DNA from: a cyanobacterium endosymbiont of Rhopalodia gibba
GTDB lineage: Bacteria > Cyanobacteriota > Cyanobacteriia > Cyanobacteriales > Microcystaceae
DNA length: 64,000 bases
Assembly (NCBI GenBank): GCA_045159875.1
Contig: CP067995.1
Coordinates: 2,880,001-2,944,000, forward strand
Reading direction: 5' to 3'
The notes beneath the pieces are model-generated. The model searched no databases and was not told where the DNA came from. It saw nothing but the letters and a program-made list of their open reading frames with translations. Shown piece by piece: positions 33,797-45,914 of the stretch. Made by a program: the position numbers and the translations under genes. Positions within the stretch are counted from its first letter, which is position 1, and the number at the start of each line of letters is the position of its first letter.

Positions 33797-35032
33797 GAGG
33801 AAACAACTTGTTGTGTTTTCAAAAAAAAATTAATCAATCAACTTTTCTGAAATTTTCATTAAAAGATTAGGTTATAAGGAAAATGAGAAAATAGACAAGA
33901 ATGGAGTAAAATCTAGTGTAGATCTACTTAATAATAGATAGTTAGTTATATTGGCTTTTTTTCTGAGATAGAATGACCAACACGTCGTTTGTCCTCACTT
34001 AATTCTCACAGAGAAACCTTATTTATTTAATTAAATAAAAATTAGCTGTCGTTTCTTATCTAGTAATCATTTTCCTAAAAAAATCTCTAATTTACCAATG
34101 AAGCAATCACAAATATTATAGTGGAAAAATACCATATAATTTATTTTATATTTCTGATATGTGCAATAATTATATTTAGAATTTCTTTAACCAATCTGTA
34201 TACTCTAAAAATCAATAGGCTAAATTTTAGTTATTCTATACAGATTTAATTTTGAAATATTCCTTGCTGAACGTTGGATTAAATTAAATGCAATTTGAAG
34301 AATAAGAAATAAAAATAATAATCATTATATGTTCTAAACAAATAGATTAAAAAAGTAATTTTTTATATAAGAAGTAATAAGTATAGTAATCGTTTATGAT
34401 ACTAACTCTGTACATAGTAATTAATTTTATTTTAAAACAATAGAGAGAAAAGTAGTTGTACATATATTTCTAATTTATACTCTCTAATTAAATAGAATAG
34501 CATTAAATAAAAAATTATAAAGTTTACAAAGTAATTTCTTAGTATAAATATGATTTGGCGAAGACAGTTAAATAAAGTTATCTTCAAAGAACAAAATAGT
34601 TACTCTAAAAAGTATTGTTTTAGCTCTAATTGTTTGAATATAAAAATATAAAATAGTTTACTTTTAAGAAAGTAATGTATAGCTATTTACTTAATAAAAT
34701 TATTTATGGTTCCAATGTCTTGGAAAGAAATAAAATTGGGATCTTTGCCATCAGCAGGAACATTAACGATGATTATTTAAATATAAAAACTGTATTATAC
34801 TCCTGAAAATACTGGATTTTAGAAAAAGAACTATAGATAAACATCAATATTGAGATAGAAAAAATGCACTCATGACAGTAAGAACAACCAACTACAATTA
34901 GATTATGCTCAATTTCTGTGGCAAACTCCTTTTGAAAATTAAAATTGAGATTATTATATCTATGTCAATGACATACTATTAATCAATAGTTCAGATGATT
35001 TTAAAATTTGATTATTTGTCTCAAAGAGCGAA

Positions 35033-35062
35033 TTTTAAGCTTAAGGAAGGACAAGCTTAAAA
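35033..35062 (-). terminator. Possible terminator hairpin downstream of the DnaJ-class gene
   Basis: ttttaagctt-N10-aagcttaaaa. Confidence 0.3.
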
Positions 35063-35214
35063 GTCAAAAAGGAAATTAATCAAGATTGAAAGTTAATATA
35101 CATAAAACTTCTAAAATCCATAAAAGACGGTTAACCCATTACATTAATAGTTCAACTATTTTTTTCTGCTCAAAAGTGGATAGTGGCTCAATCATTAAGT
35201 TTATTTTGTCTCTG

Positions 35215-36216
35215 TTAGAGACTTACTGCCTGTAAATGACTACGTGGATCATATGCACGACTAGCACTAATTTTCTGATAAAGTTCTCGTTCTGTTTCTG
35301 TTATATTTTGAGGGGTGTCAATCACAATTTTGACTAGTTGATCTCCTCGTCCATCTTTAGGGTGAACCCAACCCTTACCTCGAAGGCGCAAAGATTGCCC
35401 TGAACGAATTCCTGAAGGAACCTTTACTGTTACTATCCCATCAGGAGTAGGAACCTCAATCGACGCACCTAAGATCGCTTCATCAGGAGTAATAGGAACT
35501 TCACAGATTAGGTGCTCACCTTCAAATTTAAAAAACGTATGGGATATTAATTCAATTTTGAGGTATAAATCTCCTCGTTGCTGATTATAAGGATTAATAG
35601 AACCTTTCCCTCGGACTCTTACCCGACTCCCTGTTTTTGCTCCGGCTGGAATGCGAACATCAAGAACTTCATTGCCCAAATTAAGGCGTTTTTGTACACC
35701 TCTAAAAGCTTCAGAAAAAGTTAAATGAAGGGTTGCCGTTCGATCAGTCGCAGGAGGTTGAGCTCCAAAACCACCTGTATCAGAAAAGCTACTAGAATCA
35801 TTGTATTCTGGCTGTCTTCCAGTGGTAGTTCGATAACTGTAACCTCCTGTCGTTGATCCACTAGTTGAGCCAAAACGACCTAATAATTCATTAATAAATT
35901 CATCAAAGTTACCATATTGGCTAAAATTAAAGCCACTAACGTCAACACCACTCTGACCACTAGTCCAATTCCCTTGATTAGCCTGTTGCCAGTATTGACC
36001 GAATTGATCGTATTTCTGACGGTTTTCCTGATCTGATAAAACTGCGTAAGCTTCACTAATTTCTTTAAATTTTTCTTCCGCTTGTTTATTTGCAGGATTC
36101 CTGTCAGGATGATATTTCACAGCTAACTTACGAAAGGCTTTTTTGATTTCTTCCGCGGTAGCGTTTTTATTAACTCCTAAGATGACGTAATAATCTTTGT
36201 AGTTAGTTGAAGCCAT
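35215..36216 (-). CDS. DnaJ class B chaperone (CbpA-like)
   Basis: J-domain [14 protein letters not shown]-rich region, DnaJ_C domain, no Zn finger; ATG at 36216. Confidence 0.9.
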   Translation of the reverse strand: MASTNYKDYYVILGVNKNATAEEIKKAFRKLAVKYHPDRNPANKQAEEKFKEISEAYAVLSDQENRQKYDQFGQYWQQANQGNWTSGQSGVDVSGFNFSQYGNFDEFINELLGRFGSTSGSTTGGYSYRTTTGRQPEYNDSSSFSDTGGFGAQPPATDRTATLHLTFSEAFRGVQKRLNLGNEVLDVRIPAGAKTGSRVRVRGKGSINPYNQQRGDLYLKIELISHTFFKFEGEHLICEVPITPDEAILGASIEVPTPDGIVTVKVPSGIRSGQSLRLRGKGWVHPKDGRGDQLVKIVIDTPQNITETERELYQKISASRAYDPRSHLQAVSL

Positions 36217-37561
36217 TAACAGAAACCTCCTAGCTGGTAACAAAACAACAACTTGAAATTCAACTTAAATAATTTTATCCTTCTAAATCTAGATTAACAA
36301 AGCCGTCAAGCCTATTTTGTTCGGTTCTCCCCGATATAGGAGAAAGGATTTTCCTTCCCAACACGTTTTAGCAAGTCCATCTTCTAATACAGGGGATGTC
36401 ATACTGGTATGTATTGATGTTTCTACAATAATCTGGGTTAAAATTGAGCGATCACAGTTTTAATTGCTCTCTAAACAAAGTTTAAGAAGGACATTTTACC
36501 CAATATCTACCGTACCATTAAATTCTAGCTCACGAGCCGGTTTTATCGTTTCTTTCCGTCGTTGGCTGACAAAATTGATGATGTTATAAACAGCTATAGC
36601 AGTATTTATTAATAACAGTTCTTTCAATTGCTGTTTGATTTTTCCCTAGATTAATAACTAATAACTTTGGGTATTTTAATTTTTAAAAGAATTAACTGTA
36701 TACAGCAAAAAATACTAAGATATTAATTCGTTAATTCTAATTATGTAGATAGTGTTAATTTTTCGCTTTCTAGTAGTCTAATTAGTAAAATCAGCATGTA
36801 TTATTAGTTTCATTAAACTATATTGCCTACTTTATTAAATGACTATCCTTAGATATTTGAATCGAATTTAGCTAACTTGCTTTTTTAAAAGTTGACGGTG
36901 GGGGAGTAATAGAGTGTAGAAATTCGGAGATAAAATTTTTAATCACTTGCCATCTTCAATTGAGATTGACTTTATTAAAGTCACAAACTAAGTTGATCCA
37001 GCATTCCAGCAATTTGTCTAGACTGTAGTTCTTGATAAAATCTACAAAATGGATAGTTTGAAAAAACTTTACCTAGTTTAAGATAGCAAAAATACACTAG
37101 GCTTTGACATAGTATTAATTAGCAACAGTGTTAATAATAAAAATATTAAAAATCTAGATAAGTTCCAGCAAATGGTCTCAACAATTTAACCATAATATCT
37201 ATTATAAACTATATTTATCTCTCGACAAGAGACTACTATAAAATATTTGCTAAGGCAAAAATAGAGTGTCTTATCGCAGTCTAATGTACTAAAAATTAAT
37301 AACAAGATTTTAGTACTAATTTTATAAAAATTTTAGTTTACGTTTAATAGAATTAATTAACATAACAAATTTTACTTAATGTTTTATTTTCAAATAGTTT
37401 CTAAGACTAATAACCAGTTTGTCATTAAAATCCAATAACAGCTAATAAGAGTTGAACTTATTCCTATAGAATTGCTCAAAAAAAATGACTTAGGTATATT
37501 TTTCTATGTTAAATTGATATCTGAAACCTAAAATTAAATAAAACTGTGTGAGAACGAATCT

Positions 37562-39433
37562 GTGAAACGAGTACAGTGGAACCCTCTGAGTCTTTATGGT
37601 TTTTCCCTAGTGTCAACTTTGTTAATTTATTGGTTAATTTCAGGAGGATTCGATAAAACTTCCCAATATACTCTTTTCTCTAAACCTTTATCTGTCGAGG
37701 CTTCTGATAAGTTTCAACAAGGACAAGAAATTTATCTTAATGGGAAACTATTCAACATTCCTTGGAGCCAGTGGAATCAAGGGGACAAGCAACGGATAGG
37801 AATCAGTGACACTGGAGCGATGAATTTATTAGGGATAGAACTTCTGAGCACAAGCGAACCGAGTCTACAACCTGTTAGATGGTTTTCTGCCGATTACCGC
37901 CAGTCTTTTCCTATTCCAGCACGATTTATTGCTCCCTATCGATATTTGGATGTGACTGACTTAATGAAATTAACGGAAGGAACTTTACAAGTGAAGGGTA
38001 ACTTCCTAGAAATTACCTTGCCACTAGCGCGTGTTGGTGATGTACGTGAAGGAAACCACACTTGGGGCAAGCGCATTGTAGTGGATGTTGATCGTCCTAC
38101 CGTTTGGCAGGTTAGTCAAGCGAAGGGAAAAGGAGTAGTGATTATTTCAGGGATTACTGACGTTTCTCCTTCTGCTCAAACCCCAACCAGACTACCTCTC
38201 ACTCAGGGGAATTGGAGTGATCTTGATGAAGATGATCTCGGTAACGATGTTTCTACACCTATTAATTCTCAACTTTTCTCTCTAGAAAAAAGTGGAAAAA
38301 TTACTAAAGTTCACATAAATTTACCCACAGCCCATAGTTTAAATGTTTTTAGTATTTCTAATCCTCATCGTATTGTCATCGATGTCCGTCCTGATGCCAA
38401 AATACCAAAGCAAATTGCTTGGACAAAAGATATTACTTGGCGACAACAGTTAGTTAAACTGGGGAGAGACATTTTTCCAGTTAATTGCTTAGAGATCGAT
38501 GCGAGATCATCTAAAATTGTTCTAAGACCTATCACAACATATCCTAATCGACAAGAAGGGACAGCCCCCTTAGTAACTATGGCTAAGGAGTGGAAAGCCT
38601 CAGCAGCTATTAATGGAGGTTTCTTCAATCGAAACAATAAGTTACCCCTAGGGGCAATTCGATCACAGGCTCGTTGGTTATCTAGTCCTATTTTAGGTCG
38701 AGGGGCGATTGCCTGGAATGATCAAGGACAAATAAAAATGGGTCGTCTCAGTCTTCAAGAGACTTTAGTAACTAGCAGCGGACAACGCATTCCTGTCCTG
38801 TTTCTCAACAGTGGTTATATCCAAGCAGGAATAGCTCGTTACAGCTCCGAATGGGGACCTAAATATATCCCTATATCGGATAACGAAACAATTATTTTCA
38901 TACAAAATGATAGAGTTACTGACCAAATAAAGGCCGGAAAAGCGGGGAAAACTTCTTTTCTTATCCCTCCTGACGGCTGCTTGTTGACCATTCGTAAAAA
39001 TGCTGTATCTGCTGCTGCTTTGCAAGTGGGAACGGTGGTTATGATTGAAAACACCACAGTTCCTGCTGATTTTAATACTTATCCTAATATGCTTGGGGCA
39101 GGTCCATTATTAATTAGTGATAATCGTATTGTGGTCAACGGAACTTTGGAAAAGTTTAGCAAGGGATTTCAGCAACAAGAAGCCTCTCGTAGTGCTATCG
39201 GTGTAACAGACCAAGGAAAAATCATGTTAGTAGCTGTTCATAACCGTGTTGGGGGACGGGGGGCAAGTTTAGGAGAAATGGCACAAATTATGCAAGAATT
39301 AGGAGCGGTCAATGCATTAAACCTAGATGGAGGAAGTTCAACTTCTTTAAGTTTAGGAGGACAATTAATTGATCGTTCTCCTGTCACCGCAGCACGGGTT
39401 CATAATGGGATAGGGGTTTTTATCAGTCCATAG
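37562..39433 (+). CDS. Phosphodiester glycosidase (NAGPA/DUF2233) family exported protein
   Basis: AAINGGFF, GAGPLL, RSAIG, ALNLDGGSST; AMIN-like NPHRIVIDV. Confidence 0.85.
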   Translation: MKRVQWNPLSLYGFSLVSTLLIYWLISGGFDKTSQYTLFSKPLSVEASDKFQQGQEIYLNGKLFNIPWSQWNQGDKQRIGISDTGAMNLLGIELLSTSEPSLQPVRWFSADYRQSFPIPARFIAPYRYLDVTDLMKLTEGTLQVKGNFLEITLPLARVGDVREGNHTWGKRIVVDVDRPTVWQVSQAKGKGVVIISGITDVSPSAQTPTRLPLTQGNWSDLDEDDLGNDVSTPINSQLFSLEKSGKITKVHINLPTAHSLNVFSISNPHRIVIDVRPDAKIPKQIAWTKDITWRQQLVKLGRDIFPVNCLEIDARSSKIVLRPITTYPNRQEGTAPLVTMAKEWKASAAINGGFFNRNNKLPLGAIRSQARWLSSPILGRGAIAWNDQGQIKMGRLSLQETLVTSSGQRIPVLFLNSGYIQAGIARYSSEWGPKYIPISDNETIIFIQNDRVTDQIKAGKAGKTSFLIPPDGCLLTIRKNAVSAAALQVGTVVMIENTTVPADFNTYPNMLGAGPLLISDNRIVVNGTLEKFSKGFQQQEASRSAIGVTDQGKIMLVAVHNRVGGRGASLGEMAQIMQELGAVNALNLDGGSSTSLSLGGQLIDRSPVTAARVHNGIGVFISP

Positions 39434-41871
39434 TTTACAGCCGTCAAAGATTTATTATATGTGATAATCCTAGAGGCATAAGGCTTACGTTCTAATAAAT
39501 TTTAAAGTCGGTGTATAAAAGCATAGAATAAAACCTCAAAAATCTCGCAAATATCTGTGTTGTGTTCATTTTTAATATCACAAGTTAGATTTGAACTGAA
39601 TTTTTGAACAAGGTTAATTTAGAGAGAGTTTTGTCTCAATTTGAGCTAAAACAGTAGGAAGGGACAGAATAAGCTCAAGGAAAAAATAGATTGAATTTTT
39701 AATTAGAGTATAGGATTCTAGCGAATAAAGAAAGGAACTTATCTGAATTTTAGAGAAAAAGGTAGAAACATACTCAGAAAAGAATAGCAAAAAAATGGAA
39801 ATAATTCCTACCCTTTTTATAGGGTAAATTACAATGATTATTAGTTTTTTCAAAAAGAGTTAAAATCTATTCTTCGTTTATTGTTTCCTCCTCTTGAAAT
39901 ATTGATTTTACATAAAAGGTTTGGTAGGACTAAATTTACTGGATATAAAGGTTTACTAATACTTTTTATTTATACAAATAAAAAGAGGTATAGTGGATAA
40001 TACTTGGGAGTATTTTATAACTTAGTTAATAGTAAAATTTCTAAAATATCAAAGATAATTCTAGCGAAGTAGAATTTCATTATTGTCAGCTAATTAAACT
40101 TAATGACTCTACAAGCTAATCCAGCTTCTCCGCTAGATAACTTTTCAGAAGTATAGGATAAATCATCCCCATGTAAATGAATAGTCAAAGAACTTTTTTA
40201 AAAGCTTTTTCTATCCTAGAGTAGAGGCAAAAATAAGTAAAATTACAAGTACCTCTTTGTTGGTAGTTAAAAATAATCAATTTTCTAGATAATTGTTTTT
40301 ATAGAGTCTTTCACGACTTTGAGTATTTTTTGTCGTAGTCGCCTCCAACAGACAAAGCAAAAACTATTTTGCCGTCTTTAGTTCCAGGATTTTAACTATG
40401 ATTTTTATGTAAATGTAATTTATAAGTTAAGCATCTAGAATAGATAAAGCAATCGCTATATATTAAACTAACTTAAAAATGTTCAATGATAACCAAGTAT
40501 TTTAATCAATAAAATAGGAAAATTAAATCTTAGTTTAAATATTGTAGGCAGTTGAATATAAATGAGCGATTGTATGTTAAAAATTAATGAAACAATAGAA
40601 TAATCATTAATTGATACTAAAAAAATAAACTTTTATATTGAGTTTGTAGTTAATTAATTTACTGGGCTTTCTCAATTCTTGATAAAAAATATTTCTACCT
40701 ATAAACTATTGCGTTGTTAGCAAAACTTGATGGCTTCTGTTACTGCTATCGCTAGTCTATATTTAGACTATTCTTTGCTACGTGTTATAAACAATAGCAA
40801 CTAATGAGAAGTGATGATATTCTTATTGCTATTTTAGAAAATAAAGTTAGTTTAATTTAATGCTTTACTATGAGCTGCTTTTAGATTATTTGAAAGTGGT
40901 GCATAACCAAAAATAAAGCCTGATCCATCTAGATACTTTAAATATATTTATCTTATAACTTAATAAAGTATTTGATACTTATATCAATCTAAGCTTGCTC
41001 TGTCAATTGATTATTCTGAAAACTTTCAAATAAGCTAATTTTAAGCAAATAATATTTGCTTTTTATTTTCGCCCCTATTGCTGACAGTCTAATTATCAAA
41101 AATGAGTAATTTTAAATAGACAAAAGACTGTTTATCGTCTCAATAAAATTTGATTTTAAAATGCCATTTGATTGATTATAATTTCTGACGTATTATTAAT
41201 CTTATGTTAATTATAAGTGATTAAATCAAGTCTTTATTAGTAGAAGTCTATAGAGAGTTTTTGAGTAATATATCATTTGTGTCCTAATAATTTTTTAGTT
41301 AAACCTTGCGTCTATTTAAGAACAGGTTTACAGTTATCTGTGTTATATGAAATTAACTTAAAAGTCAATAATCAACCGCTGTTGAGAGCTCTTCGAGATA
41401 TTCTATATCTTTTGTCTTCTAAGTTCCTTTGCTGCCACTATCCGAAGAAATCCACAATCGTTCTCTTCCTTGAAGAATTAATCCAAAAATTGTTTGCTAA
41501 ATTGTATTTACTGATAGTTTTACTAAATTTTTAATTTTTTTAACTTTCTATACTCTTACTTAGCTCTGTACTTTGTTTTTTAAGAAGTTCAAAAAGCTTT
41601 ACTTAATTAAAATAAAGTCCCTCTATACTCTAATTTGTAAAAAATACCCTCAAACAAAGAAGTGACGATAATATTTCAGTTAATTAGAGTCTTTACGACT
41701 TATTGAAATAACATACTTTGGAGTCTATTTGCGCTTAATCGCTTATCCAAAGTTATTGAGAGTGATCTTTTTTCTTAAAGTCCTCATCAATTAACCCTAA
41801 CTATCTCAATAATGAATGGCTTATTTGCGTTTTAAACGCCGTAACTCTTCTTGTAAAAGATATACTTTATC

Positions 41872-42192
41872 TCACAGTTCATTTATATTGTTAGATTTTG
41901 AGATTTTAGCTGTCTCTTCCTCTTCGGTAATAATTTCAATTAATCGAGGTTCCTTATCGGAAGGAGATTGAGATGAGTCTTTCTTTTTTTTCTGAGCTTG
42001 CTGTACCAAATTATCAACATACTTACGGGCTTCCTCGGCGCTTATCTCTCCTCTCGTCACCATTTGATCCGCTACTTTTTGGGCTTGTTCCTCCAACTCA
42101 GTTAGAGCTATGCGAGCTTTCTCATTTGCATAAGACGCTAGACCTATTCCCAGATAAAACGCTTTTTGAATTAAACTACTAAAATCAGCCAT
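41872..42192 (-). CDS. Phasin-family protein, C-terminally truncated by a premature TGA
   Basis: QKAFYLGIGLA..MVTRGEISAEEARKYVDNL; the frame continues DKVYLLQEELRRLKRK* to 41821. Confidence 0.75.
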   Translation of the reverse strand: MADFSSLIQKAFYLGIGLASYANEKARIALTELEEQAQKVADQMVTRGEISAEEARKYVDNLVQQAQKKKKDSSQSPSDKEPRLIEIITEEEETAKISKSNNINEL

Positions 42193-42488
42193 GATTGAAA
42201 ATTCTGTCCTTATAACTTAAGCAACATTTTTATCTCTCAGTATAATCATGTCTCGACTGAATGAATCCTAGCAAAGATAATTTGTTCTCAATTGGAGACA
42301 CCAAAGATAGACTCTGAAGTCTTCAGAATTCTCTAACAACTATCTACTCTTAGAATTATTAACTTTTATAATAAAATTTGTTAAGCTCTATTTCAAGTTT
42401 AGGCAGATTAGACTGATCACCCTTTTAAAGACAAAAATCTGTTATATGATGCTGTTCGTAACACTCGTCGAAATTTGGGAGAAAAACC

Positions 42489-43533
42489 TTGGGTTTAAGG
42501 GTCACTGTTGTTGGGGCAAGATCGCCTAGCTGGGTCTTCTACATACAACTGAAACATTAGCAAAAACTAGAATAGAAACCTACTTATTTGAGCGTAAATT
42601 AGACAAGCATAAACCGTGTATTAGATCTGTTTCTTTATGTATAGTAAACGAACTCGACTTATCACTGGAAATTATTGACCTTCGAGTGAGAAAAATGAAA
42701 ATGATCTACTCTACCAGCCTAATGTTGCTGTCAATATGAATACTAAACTGGATAATGAATATATTGGGATGTATCCTGGGGAAATTCTATACGGATTGTT
42801 ACGCGACTGCGCTGCATCATCAGGGGCGAGTTGGATTAACGAAACGGTCTATTAACTAGATCTTTCTACCTAATAACACTAATCTTTATATCCTTCACTA
42901 TGTCGACCACTCTAACAGGAATACTTAAGGGAACAAGTTAGTGATTAATGCGGGAGATTATAATTATGTGACCGCTCTTCAAGAAGGCATTCGTCTCTCC
43001 TCAAACCAAATAGCTTACTACCGAGATCTAGCTTAGATGTATGTTGATAACGATGTTTCCTCTGACTTTTATGTTTAGGGTTTCCATAGATACATTTAGA
43101 GGTAAATAAAGGGGTAATAAAGGTTAATAAGTATCTTATTAAGGATTTACAAGCAGTTATTCATGAGCAGGCTTTTTTTTACTTAGAAAGAGACAAAATC
43201 ATCAAAGTCAAAGTTTATCTTATGCTCAAATATTCTTGTCCCCGTCGGGTTGTAGATCTCTTGACTTTAGTAGGTGATGTGGCAGGAACTGTTCCTAAGT
43301 CTTCTGAAGAAGGTATTGATTCTGCTGCTGAATCTGTCCATACGTGTGTCAAAACTATTGTAGAAGTAAGGAATATGAGTCAAGGTATTCTGACCGAAGA
43401 TAAGTAAAAATCTATTTCAAACCGTGAAGCAAAAAGTATGGTATGACTTACCTTATTCTTAGTATTCTACAACGGGTCTTCTATCGTTGCAGATGCATCC
43501 CGCAAGGCTTTTGTAGAAATGTGTGCTGATAAA
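42489..43533 (+). pseudogene. chlP: Geranylgeranyl reductase pseudogene
   Basis: LRVTVVG..ETLAKTRIETYLFERKLDKHKPC..EIIDLRVRKMKMI; MYVDNDVSSDFYV*GF; LVGDVAGTVPKSSEEGIDSAAES; RKAFVEMCAD; many stops and frameshifts. Confidence 0.93.
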
Positions 43534-44682
43534 TTAGTTCTGATTGTCGCGCATTAACTTAACAAACTTCTCGAATAAATAATCTGCATCGTGTGGTCCA
43601 GGACTTGCTTCAGGATGGTATTGAACCGAAAAAAAGGGTAAAGTTTTATGAGAGAAACCTGCTACAGTTTGATCATTTAAATTAAAATGAGTAACTTCTA
43701 AATTAACATTTAAGGACTTTTCTTCCACTGCAAAACCATGATTTTGACTTGTAATTTCTACTTGTTGATTTAATCCACAAGGTTGATTTAATCCACGATG
43801 ACCAAACATTAATTTAAAGGTTTTTGCTCCCAAAGATAATCCTAAAATTTGGTGTCCCATACAAATTCCGAAAGTAGGTTTTCCTGCTTTAATTAATGCT
43901 TTAGTAACTTCGATCCCTTCTTCAACTGCTGAGGGATCACCAGGTCCATTAGACAAGAATATTCCGTCTGGATTATACTTTAAAATCTCTTCAGGGGGCA
44001 TATTGGCTGGAACTACAATAACCCGACAACCATAACTAGCTAAACGACGAAGAATATTCCGTTTGATCCCAAAATCAATAGCTACTACTGTTAAAGTATT
44101 TCTTGAAACTTCTTTATTACTCAGACGAAACTCCCAAATGGGATCGGTCGGAATAGACCACTCATAAACCTCTTTGGTAGTTACTTCCCTAACTAAATTT
44201 AAACCAGTCATCTTCGGAGTTAACTGAGCTTGACGTAGTAATTCTGTCGGTTCGAGGATTTCTGTAGAAATGGCCCCATTCATCGTCCCTACTGAACGTA
44301 TTTTGCGAGTTAAGGCACGGGTATCAATGCCATAAATTCCAATAATTTTATGGCGATTTAAATAATCAGGGAGAGATTCTGTGGATCGCCAGTTACTCGG
44401 ACGATAGGTTATATTACGCGCAATAACCCCTTTAACCTGTGGGCAAGAGGATTCCTCATCATCAGGGTTAGTCCCCGTATTCCCCAACTCAGGGTAAGTA
44501 AAGGTGACAATTTGACCACAGTAACTCGGATCGGTCAAAACCTCTTGGTAGCCAGTCATTCCTGTATTAAAAACTATCTCTCCTAAAGTAGTTCCCCTTG
44601 CTCCAAATGACCACCCCTCAAAAAAAGTCCCGTCCACTAACATCAATAGAGCTGGTGTAGTCTTTACTATTGCCATAATCAT
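43534..44682 (-). CDS. carA: Carbamoyl-phosphate synthase small subunit
   Basis: [50 protein letters not shown]. Confidence 0.97.
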   Translation of the reverse strand: MIMAIVKTTPALLMLVDGTFFEGWSFGARGTTLGEIVFNTGMTGYQEVLTDPSYCGQIVTFTYPELGNTGTNPDDEESSCPQVKGVIARNITYRPSNWRSTESLPDYLNRHKIIGIYGIDTRALTRKIRSVGTMNGAISTEILEPTELLRQAQLTPKMTGLNLVREVTTKEVYEWSIPTDPIWEFRLSNKEVSRNTLTVVAIDFGIKRNILRRLASYGCRVIVVPANMPPEEILKYNPDGIFLSNGPGDPSAVEEGIEVTKALIKAGKPTFGICMGHQILGLSLGAKTFKLMFGHRGLNQPCGLNQQVEITSQNHGFAVEEKSLNVNLEVTHFNLNDQTVAGFSHKTLPFFSVQYHPEASPGPHDADYLFEKFVKLMRDNQN

Positions 44683-44877
44683 TAAATTTTTGATACTGAA
44701 AACAGGTGAAACCCAACGGTGAGCGATAGACTGGAACAGGCAATCTATGTGAAAATGCCTGACTGTCTAGTCATCTGTTGAGACACACCCATCCCTAGGA
44801 TACAACCGATGATCTTATCAGATGTGATTCAGCGTGTTAGGGTGAAGTCAAACTGCCAAAAAGGTAGCTAGAATCCT

Positions 44878-45789
44878 ATGAGTCCCAAGAAACTGAACGA
44901 CGACGATAAGCAAGAAATTCTTAAGCTTTATCGACAAACACCAGAAACTACATCCACTCTAGCTGATCGTTACGGGGTCAGTAGCTCTACTATTAGCCGT
45001 TTTTTAAAAAGTTACCTGTCAGAGTCAGAATATGAAGAGTTAATTCAACAAAAACGTTTAGCAAGGACGGCTAAGTCTGAGTTACCATCTACACAGATTT
45101 ACGCTAAACCTGTGTTGGTGATATCAGAGAGTCAATCAAAGTCTCAAACTCCAAAGACTGAGAATGAACTTGTGCTGGTGACCTCAAAGAGTCAATTAGA
45201 GTTATCTTCAACGGAGACTAGTACAAAACAGCCCCCTATCCTAGCAAAGGATCAGTCATCAAGATATGCTCAACATTTAGACGAAGATGACGAGGAAGAC
45301 GATCTTGAAGTGGTCGATGTTATTGCCCTTGGAGAAATGATTGGGGAGGATTTATCAGATGGGATTGATGATGATGAAGACTTAGATGATGAAGACTTAG
45401 AGGATGAAGATTGGGATGAGGGAGAAGAAGAAAATTATGATCAATCTTTAACTCAAGATGGTGATGTTCAAGTTTTACCCTTATCATCTGCTATTTTTCC
45501 TAAAACCTGTTATTTAGTAATTGATCGCTCGGCTGAATTAATTGCTCGTCCTCTCAAAGAATTCGCTCATTTAGGTCAAATTCCAGTAGAAGAAGTACAA
45601 CAAAAAACTTTACCAGTCTTCGATAATCATCAAGGGGCGCGTCGCTTTTCCAATCGCTCCCAGCGAGTGATTAAGGTTCCTGATGGTCGTCTTCTGTACA
45701 AAAGTTGTCCCCATTTATACGCTAAAGGAATTACTCGTTTGTTGATGGACGGACAAATTTATTCTATAGGATCTAACTATGACGATTAA
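44878..45789 (+). CDS. Conserved cyanobacterial protein with N-terminal HTH and acidic linker
   Basis: TTSTLADRYGVSSSTISRFLK helix-turn-helix; D/E tract; C-terminal CYLVIDRSAELIARPL..LPVFDNH..KVPDG. Confidence 0.8.
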   Translation: MSPKKLNDDDKQEILKLYRQTPETTSTLADRYGVSSSTISRFLKSYLSESEYEELIQQKRLARTAKSELPSTQIYAKPVLVISESQSKSQTPKTENELVLVTSKSQLELSSTETSTKQPPILAKDQSSRYAQHLDEDDEEDDLEVVDVIALGEMIGEDLSDGIDDDEDLDDEDLEDEDWDEGEEENYDQSLTQDGDVQVLPLSSAIFPKTCYLVIDRSAELIARPLKEFAHLGQIPVEEVQQKTLPVFDNHQGARRFSNRSQRVIKVPDGRLLYKSCPHLYAKGITRLLMDGQIYSIGSNYDD

Positions 45790-45914
45790 GTCAATATTAA
45801 TGTTTAGGAATTAATTGATTATTTTAGGGTTTTTAGTCAAGGAAATACTCGGATTTAAATAATTTTATCTACTTCTTTAAAAACTAGTAGTTATGTTTAA
45901 CGGTAGAATTAACT

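Noticed and set aside
14606..39057. Short ORFs antisense to or overlapping real genes (e.g. 14606, 15280, 16479, 16965, 17537, 20343, 21756, 23035-23979, 26923, 27221, 32998, 38365-39057)
   Set aside because: Shadow frames of well-supported CDSs with no recognisable motifs.
39600..41540. ORFs 39614 and 41277 and surrounding remnants
   Set aside because: Probably decayed minus-strand genes, but no family could be identified; the ORFs themselves look spurious.
43222..43407. 61-aa ORF
   Set aside because: A fragment of the chlP pseudogene, not a separate gene.
44878..45789. Possible transposase because of the N-terminal HTH
   Set aside because: No DDE domain or terminal repeats; looks like a conserved chromosomal protein.
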